Program-made: the position numbers and the translations under genes | The notes under the pieces: generated by a model | What the model saw: the letters and a program-made list of their open reading frames with translations, nothing else | The model's database searches: none | What the model was told of the DNA's origin: nothing | Shown here: positions 34,765 through 44,495 of the stretch, piece after piece | Numbering within the stretch: the stretch's first letter is position 1 | Layout: every line of letters starts with the position of its first letter | DNA from: a virus | Taxonomy: Duplodnaviria; Caudoviricetes | Direction: 5' to 3' (one strand) | Virus record (IMG/VR): IMGVR_UViG_3300032328_000227 | Location: 1-63,344 of that record | Length of the DNA stretch: 63,344 nucleotides

Positions 34765-34825
34765 TGGGGGAAAGCGCACGATATATTGTGCCCACTTTTA
34801 TAATCGTAATTACGTGAGTACCCCA
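34765..34825 (+). ncRNA. Candidate structured element with a loop-E (GAA/AGUA) motif
   Basis: TGGGG-GAA...AGTA-CCCCA closing stem; inner GCACGAT/ATTGTGC hairpin. Confidence 0.35.
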
Positions 34826-34846
34826 CCAATTTTTAGGAGAATTAGA

Positions 34847-35050
34847 ATGAGTGAACCACAAGGAGCGGGAGTACCACTTACAGATGCACAGTTGCGTGAG
34901 GCTTTAACCAAGATGCACGTAGGTTTAGTTAACATGCAAGAACGACTTGATGACCACGAAAAGGTGTTAGAGAAGTTACTACTTGTCATGCAAGAACTAA
35001 CCGCTGGGCAAGTGCCTAACGGCTTTAGACAACCACCAAAGGAGCATTAA
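34847..35050 (+). CDS. Coiled-coil hypothetical protein (start MSEPQ)
   Basis: AGGAG RBS before ATG 34847. Confidence 0.65.
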   Translation: MSEPQGAGVPLTDAQLREALTKMHVGLVNMQERLDDHEKVLEKLLLVMQELTAGQVPNGFRQPPKEH

Positions 35051-35051
35051 T

Positions 35052-35285
35052 ATGGAAACTCAAGAACTTATGGATTCAGATGAAATTCTTAGTCGCGCAT
35101 ATGCTGTTATGCAGTATATAGAATCAATGGAAGTACAATTTAGTGAAGCTTTGGCAATCTTATCAATTGCTAGTGCAATTACAGCAAAAATGGGGGAGGT
35201 ACCTAGAGAAATTTATATGAAAGGTATGGAACATGATTTTGATGGGGTACCCAACATGTCAGATACAGAAGAGGTTATGCAGTAA
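35052..35285 (+). CDS. Hypothetical protein
   Basis: GGAG RBS; coupled ORF. Confidence 0.65.
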   Translation: METQELMDSDEILSRAYAVMQYIESMEVQFSEALAILSIASAITAKMGEVPREIYMKGMEHDFDGVPNMSDTEEVMQ

Positions 35286-35644
35286 TGATGCGAAACCCCA
35301 ATGCAGTGCATATAGATTTTAAAGATTTGAATGGCTTGATGGGCAAGATTGTGCCGTCAAACATTGATATGGTAATGGAAAGAAATGGATACTTTCTGGT
35401 AGGTGAATGGAAACGAGAAGGCGAAGCAATTAGCGTGGGGCAAAACATACTACTTAAACAGCTAGCTAGAATATCAGATAAGTTTACAGTATTAATTATT
35501 CAAGGACATACCGACACAGGTTCAATGGTGGTGGAAGAGTTCTACCATATGGATACGGATGGCATACTTGTGCCAATTGGTGCAGGAGTAGAACGGTTCA
35601 AAGAATTTTTAGTTCATTGGAAAAATGGTGTGGAGGAACTATGA
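35285..35644 (+). CDS. PD-(D/E)XK-fold-like hypothetical protein
   Basis: NIDM...FLVGEWK...GQ motif. Confidence 0.55.
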   Translation: MMRNPNAVHIDFKDLNGLMGKIVPSNIDMVMERNGYFLVGEWKREGEAISVGQNILLKQLARISDKFTVLIIQGHTDTGSMVVEEFYHMDTDGILVPIGAGVERFKEFLVHWKNGVEEL

Positions 35645-35808
35645 GGGATAAAAAATTGTGGTTACATAGGTGGATGTGGTGGACTAAAGGCGAGTGTGTC
35701 GTTGAAGTATTAAAAGCAGGACACTTCCCTACATCCGCAATGGTTAAGTTACCTAGCGATAGAGAAATTGAAGTTGATATTAACGAACTAGAGATGCCAA
35801 ATGATTGA
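35641..35808 (+). CDS. Hypothetical protein
   Basis: GGAGG RBS; ATGA coupling. Confidence 0.55.
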   Translation: MRDKKLWLHRWMWWTKGECVVEVLKAGHFPTSAMVKLPSDREIEVDINELEMPND

Positions 35809-35971
35809 AAAGATGATTGAATATATGTTGTGTTATTTCTTGTCGTTCTTTTTAGGCTTCTTGGTGTGCATGTTATGTACTATGTATGTGGTGTATATGT
35901 ATGGGCAAAAGTTAAAAACTAAAACAGTGATGGCAGTACGTGCTAAGCATACTCGGAGAGATAGACGATGA
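35801..35971 (+). CDS. Small membrane protein (56 aa, not in ORF track)
   Basis: Long hydrophobic segment then basic tail; ATGA-coupled to the next gene. Confidence 0.5.
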   Translation: MIEKMIEYMLCYFLSFFLGFLVCMLCTMYVVYMYGQKLKTKTVMAVRAKHTRRDRR

Positions 35972-36477
35972 ATCCATTTTATGAAATAAAAACTAAATCA
36001 AATATAACGCAAGCTGTAATAAATGAAGCCATGCGACCTAATGCTGAGTGGGTTAAGTATTTTAACTTTGATGCAACACGCATTCCTAATGACATATTAG
36101 CGCAAGACCCTGTAATTGCGGATATTGGTAGCAGGCATCCGTTGATGGGTGGCGTTGTGATGCTACCACCGAATACTTTTTACAATTGGCACACAGATAC
36201 TCGTAGGGGTGTAAGTATTAATATGGTGCTGAACCCTTATGATGGTATGAGTCATTGTGTATTTACCCATGATAAAGATGTTGTAGTTGGTGAGTTTATT
36301 GAGCTACAGTACCAGCCCGATACGTATTATATATTTAATACACAGGTTAACCATATGGTGCTGAACTTTGAAGAGCCTAGGTTGTTGCTAACAATTGAAT
36401 TTGGTGAAGACAAAAACTTATTAAGTTATGATGACTTATTATTAGAAATACTTGGAGCCGACAATGTGGAACTATAG
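35968..36477 (+). CDS. Cupin / 2OG-Fe(II) oxygenase-like protein
   Basis: YNWHTD...FNTQVNH.V.N...R. Confidence 0.7.
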   Translation: MNPFYEIKTKSNITQAVINEAMRPNAEWVKYFNFDATRIPNDILAQDPVIADIGSRHPLMGGVVMLPPNTFYNWHTDTRRGVSINMVLNPYDGMSHCVFTHDKDVVVGEFIELQYQPDTYYIFNTQVNHMVLNFEEPRLLLTIEFGEDKNLLSYDDLLLEILGADNVEL

Positions 36478-36727
36478 AGTAATGGAATTTGAAGATGAAA
36501 TCGAAGGTAAGTATTATGAAATTAAAGAAGTTTATTACAATCGTGATGGCACACTTATGGGTTATTGTGACGCTAGTGTCAGTGGTGGGTCTTTTAGTGA
36601 CATTATTGGTACCCTAGATGCAATGAAAACAGATGCACATAAAGCTGTGCTGAAGCCTAGTGACTTTAAAGGAGAGAGTGATGAGGTAACATCCAATACA
36701 ACATCCACCGAAATGGATGATATGTAG
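36464..36727 (+). CDS. Hypothetical protein (MWNYRV type)
   Basis: WNYRV...EI.EVYY..DG motif. Confidence 0.7.
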   Translation: MWNYRVMEFEDEIEGKYYEIKEVYYNRDGTLMGYCDASVSGGSFSDIIGTLDAMKTDAHKAVLKPSDFKGESDEVTSNTTSTEMDDM

Positions 36728-36766
36728 GTAAAAGCTAACATTATGTCCAGTATAAAGGAGAATTTC

Positions 36767-37093
36767 ATGACTAAAGACGAAGCATTAAAGATTGCGATTG
36801 AAGCGTTGAAAAATACAAAGTTTCCTGTTGGGGATAAACGTAACGAAGCAATCAACGCTTGCAAAGAGGCACTAGAACAACCATTAACAAGGGATTGGAA
36901 AGACACAATAGATGAACGCATTGCTAGGGATAGTGAATTTAAAGAAGCACTAGAACAACCAGCGCAAGAATGTAAATGGTGCAAATCAAGAGAAGTAAAC
37001 TTTGATGATTGGGGTGATGAAGCTTCAGAAAAAAGGCAAGATGTAGTAGGACAAAATGGCAATGTGGGGTATGGGGAGAGTGTAGATGGATGA
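36767..37093 (+). CDS. Hypothetical protein with duplicated KEALEQP
   Basis: AGGAG RBS; 21-bp near-repeat at ~36863 and ~36941. Confidence 0.6.
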   Translation: MTKDEALKIAIEALKNTKFPVGDKRNEAINACKEALEQPLTRDWKDTIDERIARDSEFKEALEQPAQECKWCKSREVNFDDWGDEASEKRQDVVGQNGNVGYGESVDG

Positions 37094-37271
37094 GTTTGAC
37101 ATGCGTGACCTGTTTGCTGGGTTAGCTATGGTGGGGTTACTTGTTAAGAATGGATACAATATGTCTATCTCAACACAAGCATACGTATTAGCTGACGAAA
37201 TGCTATTAGAACGTAGTAAAGACCCGCAAGAAGAAATAGGTATAGCGGCAATAACTAAAAGGAAGAAATAA
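37086..37271 (+). CDS. Hypothetical protein (RD.FA..AM...AY..AD.ML..R family)
   Basis: Motif common in phage early genes. Confidence 0.7.
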   Translation: MDEFDMRDLFAGLAMVGLLVKNGYNMSISTQAYVLADEMLLERSKDPQEEIGIAAITKRKK

Positions 37272-37936
37272 TGGTAGCTTGGTCTTATAGTAGCCTGAAA
37301 ACGTTTCAGCAATGCCCAAAGAAGTATTATCACACTCGGGTTGCTAAAGACTTTAAGGATGAGGATAGCACTGCGACTATTTATGGTAAGGAAGTGCATA
37401 GAGTAGCAGAAGAATTTATTCGTGATGGTACGCCTATTCCTGAGAAGTATGCGTTTGTTAAGCCCGTGCTTGAGTCGTTAAATAAGATTCCAGGTACTAA
37501 ACATTGCGAGATACAGTTTGGGTTAACCGAAGATTTAAAGCCGTGTGGGTTCTTTGATGAGAATGTATGGTGGCGTGGCGTTGCTGACTTAGTAGTAATT
37601 AACGGTGAGGAAGCATACCTAGTTGACTACAAGACAAGCAAAAACGCTAAGTATGCAGATACTAAACAGCTAGACTTACTAGCCGCCGCTACGTTTGCAC
37701 ACTATCCCGAAGTTAAACGAATCAAGTCAGCATTGATATTTGTGGTATGTAATGACTTTGTTAAGAAAAATCACGTGATAGAAGACGCGAGTAAATACGT
37801 AGCACCGTTTAAATTTGATTTAGAACGATTAGATAATGCGATGGTAACGGGTACTTGGAACGCGAACTCAAGCGCCCTATGTCCATACTGCCCTGTTAAA
37901 ACATGTCAACATTGGAAAGAAAAGAGAACAAGATAA
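37271..37936 (+). CDS. PD-(D/E)XK (Cas4/RecB-like) exonuclease
   Basis: SYSSL..F.QCP, G..VH, RG.AD, DYKT and C.YCP...C motifs. Confidence 0.88.
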   Translation: MVAWSYSSLKTFQQCPKKYYHTRVAKDFKDEDSTATIYGKEVHRVAEEFIRDGTPIPEKYAFVKPVLESLNKIPGTKHCEIQFGLTEDLKPCGFFDENVWWRGVADLVVINGEEAYLVDYKTSKNAKYADTKQLDLLAAATFAHYPEVKRIKSALIFVVCNDFVKKNHVIEDASKYVAPFKFDLERLDNAMVTGTWNANSSALCPYCPVKTCQHWKEKRTR

Positions 37937-38322
37937 TGGGATTTTCAAAAGCAACAGATTTAAACGGTATTGGTGACCCGTACAGAAGTTTTGAGGAAAC
38001 ATTAACTTGTGCGTACCCAAGTTGCCACCACAAACAGATAAAGAATACTGATGATGTTGTTATATGGGACGGTGTTGCTTTAAATGCAGATGACTTTAAT
38101 ACTAGAAATTTAACTTCATTAGCTAAACTAGCAGTAACATCAAACCCTGATAAGTACGTTGCAAAATATAATCATTACGCTGTTAGACTTGCATTTCATC
38201 CTGAATGTGCGGCTGAATTTGGGATGCACTTGATTAAAGATACATTAGTGGGCGATAATGTCGTAGGTAGAAAACTTAGAGGAACCAGAAATGCCTTACG
38301 TAAACAAGAAACGCCCGTATAA
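37936..38322 (+). CDS. Hypothetical protein, possibly Zn-binding
   Basis: CAYPSC...HPEC; TAATG coupling. Confidence 0.55.
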   Translation: MGFSKATDLNGIGDPYRSFEETLTCAYPSCHHKQIKNTDDVVIWDGVALNADDFNTRNLTSLAKLAVTSNPDKYVAKYNHYAVRLAFHPECAAEFGMHLIKDTLVGDNVVGRKLRGTRNALRKQETPV

Positions 38323-38575
38323 ACATGAATACGAAGAATATCAGGGTAAGCCTGACCAAATTAAAAAGCGAGCGCAGCGTAATGCTGCTCGCACGGAGCT
38401 AATGAAAGATGGAAAAGTCAGCAAAGGTGACGGCAAAGACGTCGACCACATCAAGCCGCTTAGCAAAGGTGGCGGAAGCAGCAAAAAGAATCTTAGGGTC
38501 GAATCCGCCAGCGACAACAGGTCGTTTAGCAGAAACTCAGACCACAGCGTCAAAAAGAACCGCCCAAAAAAATAG
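38291..38575 (+). CDS. Small HNH endonuclease
   Basis: DVDHIKPLSKGG...NL......N motif. Confidence 0.8.
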   Translation: MPYVNKKRPYKHEYEEYQGKPDQIKKRAQRNAARTELMKDGKVSKGDGKDVDHIKPLSKGGGSSKKNLRVESASDNRSFSRNSDHSVKKNRPKK

Positions 38576-39953
38576 CATACTGACTGATTACAATTGGCCC
38601 GGTAAGTTTAAGCCTTTTGCACATCAGAAACAAACAGCAGAGTTTTTAACGCTTAACCGTAAAGCGTTCTGTTTTAACGAGCAGGGTACAGGCAAGACAG
38701 CTAGTGTAATATGGGCAACCGACTACCTCATGAACCTTGGGGTAATTAAACGTGTGTTAGTTATTTGCCCACTATCCATCATGAAGTCAGCATGGCAAGC
38801 TGACTTGTTTAAATTCGCCATGCACCGCACCTGTGATGTAGCATACGGTGATTCTAAAGTACGTAGAAAAATTATTAATCAGGGCGCAGAGTTCGTCATC
38901 ATTAACTTTGATGGAGTTGAAATTGTTAAAAAAGATATTATGGACGGCGGTTTTGATATTATTGTTATTGATGAAGCGAGTGCCTATAAGAACCCACAAA
39001 CTACTCGCTGGAAAACTTTAAAAGAAGTATCCGCTAAGTCTAAAGGCATGTGGATGCTGACAGGTACACCAGCCGCACAATCTCCACTTGATGCTTTTGG
39101 TTTAGCTAAGATGATTAACCCAACAGGCACACCCAAGTTTTTTGGCGCGTTCCGTGACCAAGTGATGTACCAAGTAAGTCAATATAGATGGGTACCAAAA
39201 CCTAACGCTCAGGATGTAGTGCATAAAGTATTGCAACCCGCAATTCGTTTTGAAAAGAATCAGTGCCTTGATTTGCCCGATGTTACTTATGTTGACCGAG
39301 ATGCACCGCTGACAGCACAGCAAATTAAATACTACACCATGCTTAAAAAGCAAATGACTATGGAAGCTGGCGGTGAACAAGTAACAGCAGTCAATGCCGC
39401 AACAAGTATTAATAAGCTTTTACAAATCTCGGGTGGTGCGGTCTATACGGATACTAGAGAAGTTGTTGAGTTTGATGTAAGCAATAGACTACGTGCCATC
39501 CTTGAAGTGATTGAAGAAGCAAGTCACAAGGTATTAGTGTTTGTGCCGTTTACGCATACCATTCAATTATTGTCAGAATACCTATCGAAAAACAATATAA
39601 CTTCAGATATAATCAACGGTCAGGTACCAGTTAACCGGCGCCACGATATTATTAATAAGTTTCAACAACAAGAAGAACCTAGAGTTCTCATTATCCAGCC
39701 CCAAGCCGCATCGCACGGGCTAACCCTCACTGCTGCAAACGTGATTATTTGGTATGCACCTGTTACCAGCGTGGAAACTTATCTACAAGCAAATGCGCGG
39801 ATTAACCGCCCGGGGCAAAAGAACCCCATGACGATTGTACATATTAAAGGTAGTGAAGTAGAAAGCAAGTTGTACTCGATGCTTAGAAGTAACATAACAA
39901 GCCACAACAAGATAATTGAATTATATCGACAAGAAATTGAAGATGTAGCTTGA
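38409..39953 (+). CDS. SNF2-family helicase (start uncertain)
   Basis: EQGTGKT, DEAS, LTGTP, HGLTLT and QA.ARI.R.GQ motifs. Confidence 0.92.
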   Translation: MEKSAKVTAKTSTTSSRLAKVAEAAKRILGSNPPATTGRLAETQTTASKRTAQKNSILTDYNWPGKFKPFAHQKQTAEFLTLNRKAFCFNEQGTGKTASVIWATDYLMNLGVIKRVLVICPLSIMKSAWQADLFKFAMHRTCDVAYGDSKVRRKIINQGAEFVIINFDGVEIVKKDIMDGGFDIIVIDEASAYKNPQTTRWKTLKEVSAKSKGMWMLTGTPAAQSPLDAFGLAKMINPTGTPKFFGAFRDQVMYQVSQYRWVPKPNAQDVVHKVLQPAIRFEKNQCLDLPDVTYVDRDAPLTAQQIKYYTMLKKQMTMEAGGEQVTAVNAATSINKLLQISGGAVYTDTREVVEFDVSNRLRAILEVIEEASHKVLVFVPFTHTIQLLSEYLSKNNITSDIINGQVPVNRRHDIINKFQQQEEPRVLIIQPQAASHGLTLTAANVIIWYAPVTSVETYLQANARINRPGQKNPMTIVHIKGSEVESKLYSMLRSNITSHNKIIELYRQEIEDVA

Positions 39954-39977
39954 CATTGTCAAAGTAAGTGGTAGACT
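39950..39977 (+). promoter_or_regulatory. Promoter (class 2) for the replication operon
   Basis: TTGACA-N16-TAGACT; the -35 is part of palindrome TTGACATTGTCAA. Confidence 0.65.
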
Positions 39978-40007
39978 GTAGTTGTAGTAAAACATTAAGG
40001 AGCTAAT

Positions 40008-40442
40008 ATGGAAATTGAGGACGTAGTCCAAACCGTTGCCCATGTTGAACCTGACGTTCCAGCCGATACCCTAGCAGAGATTTATATTAAGATTAGGGGC
40101 AAACGCGCTGAGATTAAGGAACAGTACGAGCAACAAGATGCAGCATTAAAAGAACAGCAAGATTTGTTAGCAGAACAAATGCTAACCATCTGCCACGACC
40201 AAAATGCGGACAGCATCAAAACACAAGCAGGAACTATCATTCGTAAAGTTGACACGCGGTATTGGACTAGCGATTGGGAGCAAATGTACGATTTCATTGC
40301 AGAGCATGACGTATATGGGCTACTAGAAAAACGCATACACCAAACTAATATGCGTCAGTTTTTGGAAGAGAATCCTAATTTATTACCCGCTGGGCTTATG
40401 TCAGACAGCAAATATTCAATCGTAGTTAGAAGGAGCAAATAA
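40008..40442 (+). CDS. Replication-module coiled-coil protein
   Basis: YIKIR...DW..MY.FI...LLEKRI...PAGL motif; upstream of SSB. Confidence 0.7.
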   Translation: MEIEDVVQTVAHVEPDVPADTLAEIYIKIRGKRAEIKEQYEQQDAALKEQQDLLAEQMLTICHDQNADSIKTQAGTIIRKVDTRYWTSDWEQMYDFIAEHDVYGLLEKRIHQTNMRQFLEENPNLLPAGLMSDSKYSIVVRRSK

Positions 40443-41356
40443 TGAGTAATTTAACAATTTTTAAAAATGATATCCCTGCTGAGTTCCGTGCTCAAGGCGT
40501 TAGTGAATTAACTAAATCTTTGGCTGGTGCAGGTCGTTCAACCAATCGCCGTATTGCAGTTAAAAACGGTGCATTTCGTAAGTTAGTTAACGGTGAAGAA
40601 GTAGGTAAACTAAAAGGAGAACTTAACGTAGTTGTTATTAATGCCCTGCCATCAGTATCTCGTACATACTATGCAGAAGAGTATGACCCAAACGGTACTC
40701 CTACATTACCTGATTGCTGGTCTAATTTAGGCGACAAACCGGAAGCTAACTCAGCTAACCCACAAGCATCTAATTGCCAATCATGCCCACAAAACGTAGC
40801 TGGTTCAGGTGGTGGTACTCGCCGTGCTTGTGCATATCAACGCCGTATTGCAGTTGTACTAGCAGGTATTGATTCTAATGCTCCGATTGATTTAAATGGT
40901 GATGTATACCAAATGAATCTTTCATCTACTACCATCTTCGGTAAGGGTGAAGGTAATGTGCATCCGTTTGAAAGCTATTCTCGTTTCTTAGCGGCAAATA
41001 ATGAAAGTATTGATGGCATTGTAACTACTATTTCTATTGATGAAGATGCAGACAATACTAAATTACTTTTCTCACCAGCTCGTCATTTAACAAATGAAGA
41101 ACAAGAAGTAGTTTATTCAGCAGCAGCTACTCCTGAAGCTAAAAATGCAGTACGTCTAACAGTTGCACAACAAGACGGCGTTAAAAAATTACCGGCAGCG
41201 GCTAAAGAAGAGTTTGCACCTACGACTCCTAAAGCAGCGCCAGTAGTTGAAGACCCAATTGAAGAGCCAGTTAAACGTGCGTCAACAAAACCCGCAGCTC
41301 CAGTTGCTAAAGCTAATTTAGCGGATGTAGTAAACGCATGGAGCGATGACGAATAA
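40442..41356 (+). CDS. Probable single-stranded DNA-binding protein
   Basis: R.YY...P.CWS...C.SCP.N..GS...RAC; acidic C-terminus WSDDE. Confidence 0.65.
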   Translation: MSNLTIFKNDIPAEFRAQGVSELTKSLAGAGRSTNRRIAVKNGAFRKLVNGEEVGKLKGELNVVVINALPSVSRTYYAEEYDPNGTPTLPDCWSNLGDKPEANSANPQASNCQSCPQNVAGSGGGTRRACAYQRRIAVVLAGIDSNAPIDLNGDVYQMNLSSTTIFGKGEGNVHPFESYSRFLAANNESIDGIVTTISIDEDADNTKLLFSPARHLTNEEQEVVYSAAATPEAKNAVRLTVAQQDGVKKLPAAAKEEFAPTTPKAAPVVEDPIEEPVKRASTKPAAPVAKANLADVVNAWSDDE

Positions 41357-41598
41357 TGAGCTACGGATATAGTGCAAGAATTATAGGACTCAATGCTGTT
41401 GCCAGCAAAGAACGCTTAGGTGTTGCTTTAGGTAGAGTTTGTATCGCACTAGACATCCCTGTTAGCGCTATTGCTCGACAAGCAGGTGTAAGTAAACAAA
41501 CTATTTATAACTGGTTCATTGGAAGTTACGACCCACGAGCTGGTTATAAAGCAGTTGTTGAACGCATCATCCAAGATTTAGAAACCAAAAAACAGTAA
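41356..41598 (+). CDS. Cro-like HTH protein
   Basis: IARQAGVSKQTIYNWF. Confidence 0.85.
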   Translation: MSYGYSARIIGLNAVASKERLGVALGRVCIALDIPVSAIARQAGVSKQTIYNWFIGSYDPRAGYKAVVERIIQDLETKKQ

Positions 41599-41606
41599 GA
41601 CGGGAA

Positions 41607-41626
41607 CACCCTCATTCGTGAGGGTG
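41607..41626 (+). other. Hairpin upstream of the primase gene, no U-tract
   Basis: CACCCTCA-TTCG-TGAGGGTG. Confidence 0.5.
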
Positions 41627-41660
41627 CATACCCTTATTGCCTCCAAAAATTGAGAACTAT

Positions 41661-44495
41661 ATGGACAACGTAGATTTACTAAGCAGAGTATTAGCGCCCG
41701 AAGGGTGGTTTGCTGTTATCGGCTTGAAGGGTAAATCTCCTGTGCAGAAACTCGTTCAGACTAGGGAAGAGGTAGATAAGATATCTGCGGAGTTTGTAGC
41801 CGCTGGTCGTGATGCTTACTTTGGTTGTTCTAAATATGAAACAGAAGCTAACCGCACTAAAGAAAATGTATTAAGCATTAAAGCTTTTTGGATTGATTTA
41901 GATTGTGGGGAAGCTAAAGCGGTAGTTAATGAAAAGACAGGCCGCCCTGATGGATATGTTGACCAAGCTACAGGACTAGATGAACTAGAGAGATTTCGCA
42001 AACTAATCGGATTACCTAAACCACTGCTTGTTAATTCAGGTAGAGGTATCCATGCGTATTGGCCTTTAGAACGTGCAGTTACTAGGCACGAATGGGAGCC
42101 AGTTGCAGCAAGACTTAACGAACTATGCGTTATTCACAAACTATACGTAGATGCCAGTGTGTTTGAGGCAGCACGTGTATTGCGAGTACCAGGAACACTT
42201 AACTTTAAAGACACCCCGCCAAAACCAGTAGAAATTATTAGTGACGGTGAGGATGTTAGCTACGAGGTATTTAAAAATACTCTTGGTGTTAAGGATTCAG
42301 CATTTCAAGTAAAACCAACACAGGAATTAAGCGAGCTTGCTAAAGCATTAGCAGCTAACACAATTTCTAAATTTAGTAAGATTATGATGCGAAGTGTAAA
42401 GGGTGAGGGTTGTAACCAGCTCCTGTATGCATTTCAAAATCAAGAAAATATTTCTGAACCGTTATGGTTTAGCGCCCTATCAATTGCACATCGTTGTGCT
42501 GATAGGCAATCAGCAATACACAAGATATCAGACCAGTATCCGGGTTATGACCCAGTGGATACTGAAGAAAAGGCAAGTCATACCGAGTTTGCCCATAGTT
42601 GTGCAACATTCGAAAAACATAACGCTGGTGGTTGTGAAGGCTGTCCGTGGAAGGGTCGCATTAAATCGCCCATTACATTAGGTAGAGAAATTGTTAAGGC
42701 AGAAAGCACAGAAGTAACTGCTGCTAAAGGCACTAAAGAAGAGTTTGTCATCCCACCATATCCGCATCCATATTTTAGGGGTAAGAACGGTGGGGTTTAC
42801 ATGATGGGTGAAGACGAAGATGAAGGCGAACCCATATGTATTTATGAACACGATTTATATGTAGTTAAGCGTATGAAAGACCCTGATGAATCTGTTGGTG
42901 TCCTTATCCTCTTGCGGTTGCATTTACCGCTTGATGGTGTACGTGAGTTTACTGTGCCGTTATCTACGGTTGCAGTAAAAGAAAAATTAAGAGAAATATT
43001 GGCTAATAACGGCGTTGCTGGTATGCCATTTCAAATGAAAGAATTAGCTAACTTTATTATGAAGTTTGTTAAAGAATCACAGTTTACAAGGAGAGAAGAA
43101 GCAATGAGAACTCAATTTGGATGGGCTGATAAAGACAGTAAGTTTATTATCGGCAACAGAGAAATTACTAAAGATGGCACATTCCATAGCCCACCATCAG
43201 CTCAAACCCGTTACTTTGCGGATAGTATGGTGCCGCGTGGTACGCTAGAACAATGGAAAGAAGTATTTAATTTGTATGGTCAGCCAGGGTTAGAGCCTAA
43301 TGCGTTCGCAGCGCTTAGTGCCTTTGGTGCACCCCTACTTAAGTTTACGGGCCATAAGGGTGCAATCATTAACTTGATTCACAAAGATTCAGGCACAGGT
43401 AAGTCAACATCACTATATATGTGTAACAGCGTATATGGGCACCCCGATAACTTAGCGGCTATTGCTAAAGATACGTTTGCAGCTAAGATGATTCAGTTAG
43501 GCGTGATGAACAATATCCCGTTTACCATTGATGAAATTACTAACATGTCCCCTATAGATTTCTCTAACTTGGCATACAGCATGTCACAAGGACGTGGAGC
43601 AAACCGTGCAAAAGCTTCAGCAAATGAACTACGTGTTAACACAACAACATGGCAAACTATATCAGTTGCAAGTTCTAACGCTAGCTTCTATGAAAAGTTG
43701 GGCATTCAAAAGAGTAGCCCTGATGGGGAGATGATGCGTCTGCTTGAGTATCAAATCCATCCTACTGATATTATTCCTACAGCACAAGCTAAGCATATGT
43801 TTGATATTCAGCTTAAAGAAAACTATGGTCATGCAGGTGATATTTATGTAACTCACTTGGTTGGTAACTTAGAAGAAGCAATTAATACTATGCGTACCGT
43901 GCAAGAAAAGCTAGATAAGGAACTTAACCTTACTAACCGCGAGCGCTTTTGGTCAGCAGTTGTTGCATGTAATATTGCTGGCGGTTTGATTGCTAAGAAT
44001 TTAGGTTTAGTAGATTGGGATATGCGTAACATTTATCAGTGGGCATGCACGATGATTCAAAGCCTACGTGAAGATGTAAAGCCTCCAGTGAATGACTCAG
44101 CAGCAGTGGTAGGTGACTTTATTAACCGCCACATGCAAAACATCTTGGTGGTAAATGATGAAGTAGATGCTCGTACTAACATGCACTCGGCCCCGACACT
44201 AGAACCAAGAGGGGAACTGATTATCCGTTTTGAGCCTGATACTAAGAAGATGTATATAACTGCCAGCGCATTTAGAACTGACTGTGTGCAGTCACAGATT
44301 CACTATAAGGATGCGCTTAGCCAATTGAAAAAGAAAGGTATCTATTTAGGCGCCGCTACTAAACGCTTATCTAAAGGTATGAAAATCCAATCTCCTGGCG
44401 TACATGCATTAATGTTTGATTGCTCAGGTAGTGAGTTTATTGATATCGAACATTTGGTATCTGCTGAACTAGATAATGTTAATAGAGCGGATTAG
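41661..44495 (+). CDS. AEP primase fused to DUF927-type helicase
   Basis: WIDLD, SGRGIHAYW and RVLRVPGT primase motifs; Cys cluster; SGTGKST Walker A; IDE Walker B. Confidence 0.88.
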   Translation: MDNVDLLSRVLAPEGWFAVIGLKGKSPVQKLVQTREEVDKISAEFVAAGRDAYFGCSKYETEANRTKENVLSIKAFWIDLDCGEAKAVVNEKTGRPDGYVDQATGLDELERFRKLIGLPKPLLVNSGRGIHAYWPLERAVTRHEWEPVAARLNELCVIHKLYVDASVFEAARVLRVPGTLNFKDTPPKPVEIISDGEDVSYEVFKNTLGVKDSAFQVKPTQELSELAKALAANTISKFSKIMMRSVKGEGCNQLLYAFQNQENISEPLWFSALSIAHRCADRQSAIHKISDQYPGYDPVDTEEKASHTEFAHSCATFEKHNAGGCEGCPWKGRIKSPITLGREIVKAESTEVTAAKGTKEEFVIPPYPHPYFRGKNGGVYMMGEDEDEGEPICIYEHDLYVVKRMKDPDESVGVLILLRLHLPLDGVREFTVPLSTVAVKEKLREILANNGVAGMPFQMKELANFIMKFVKESQFTRREEAMRTQFGWADKDSKFIIGNREITKDGTFHSPPSAQTRYFADSMVPRGTLEQWKEVFNLYGQPGLEPNAFAALSAFGAPLLKFTGHKGAIINLIHKDSGTGKSTSLYMCNSVYGHPDNLAAIAKDTFAAKMIQLGVMNNIPFTIDEITNMSPIDFSNLAYSMSQGRGANRAKASANELRVNTTTWQTISVASSNASFYEKLGIQKSSPDGEMMRLLEYQIHPTDIIPTAQAKHMFDIQLKENYGHAGDIYVTHLVGNLEEAINTMRTVQEKLDKELNLTNRERFWSAVVACNIAGGLIAKNLGLVDWDMRNIYQWACTMIQSLREDVKPPVNDSAAVVGDFINRHMQNILVVNDEVDARTNMHSAPTLEPRGELIIRFEPDTKKMYITASAFRTDCVQSQIHYKDALSQLKKKGIYLGAATKRLSKGMKIQSPGVHALMFDCSGSEFIDIEHLVSAELDNVNRAD

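Noticed and set aside
37271-37936. Cas4-like nuclease as part of a CRISPR system
   Set aside because: No other cas genes or array; such exonucleases are routine in phage replication modules.
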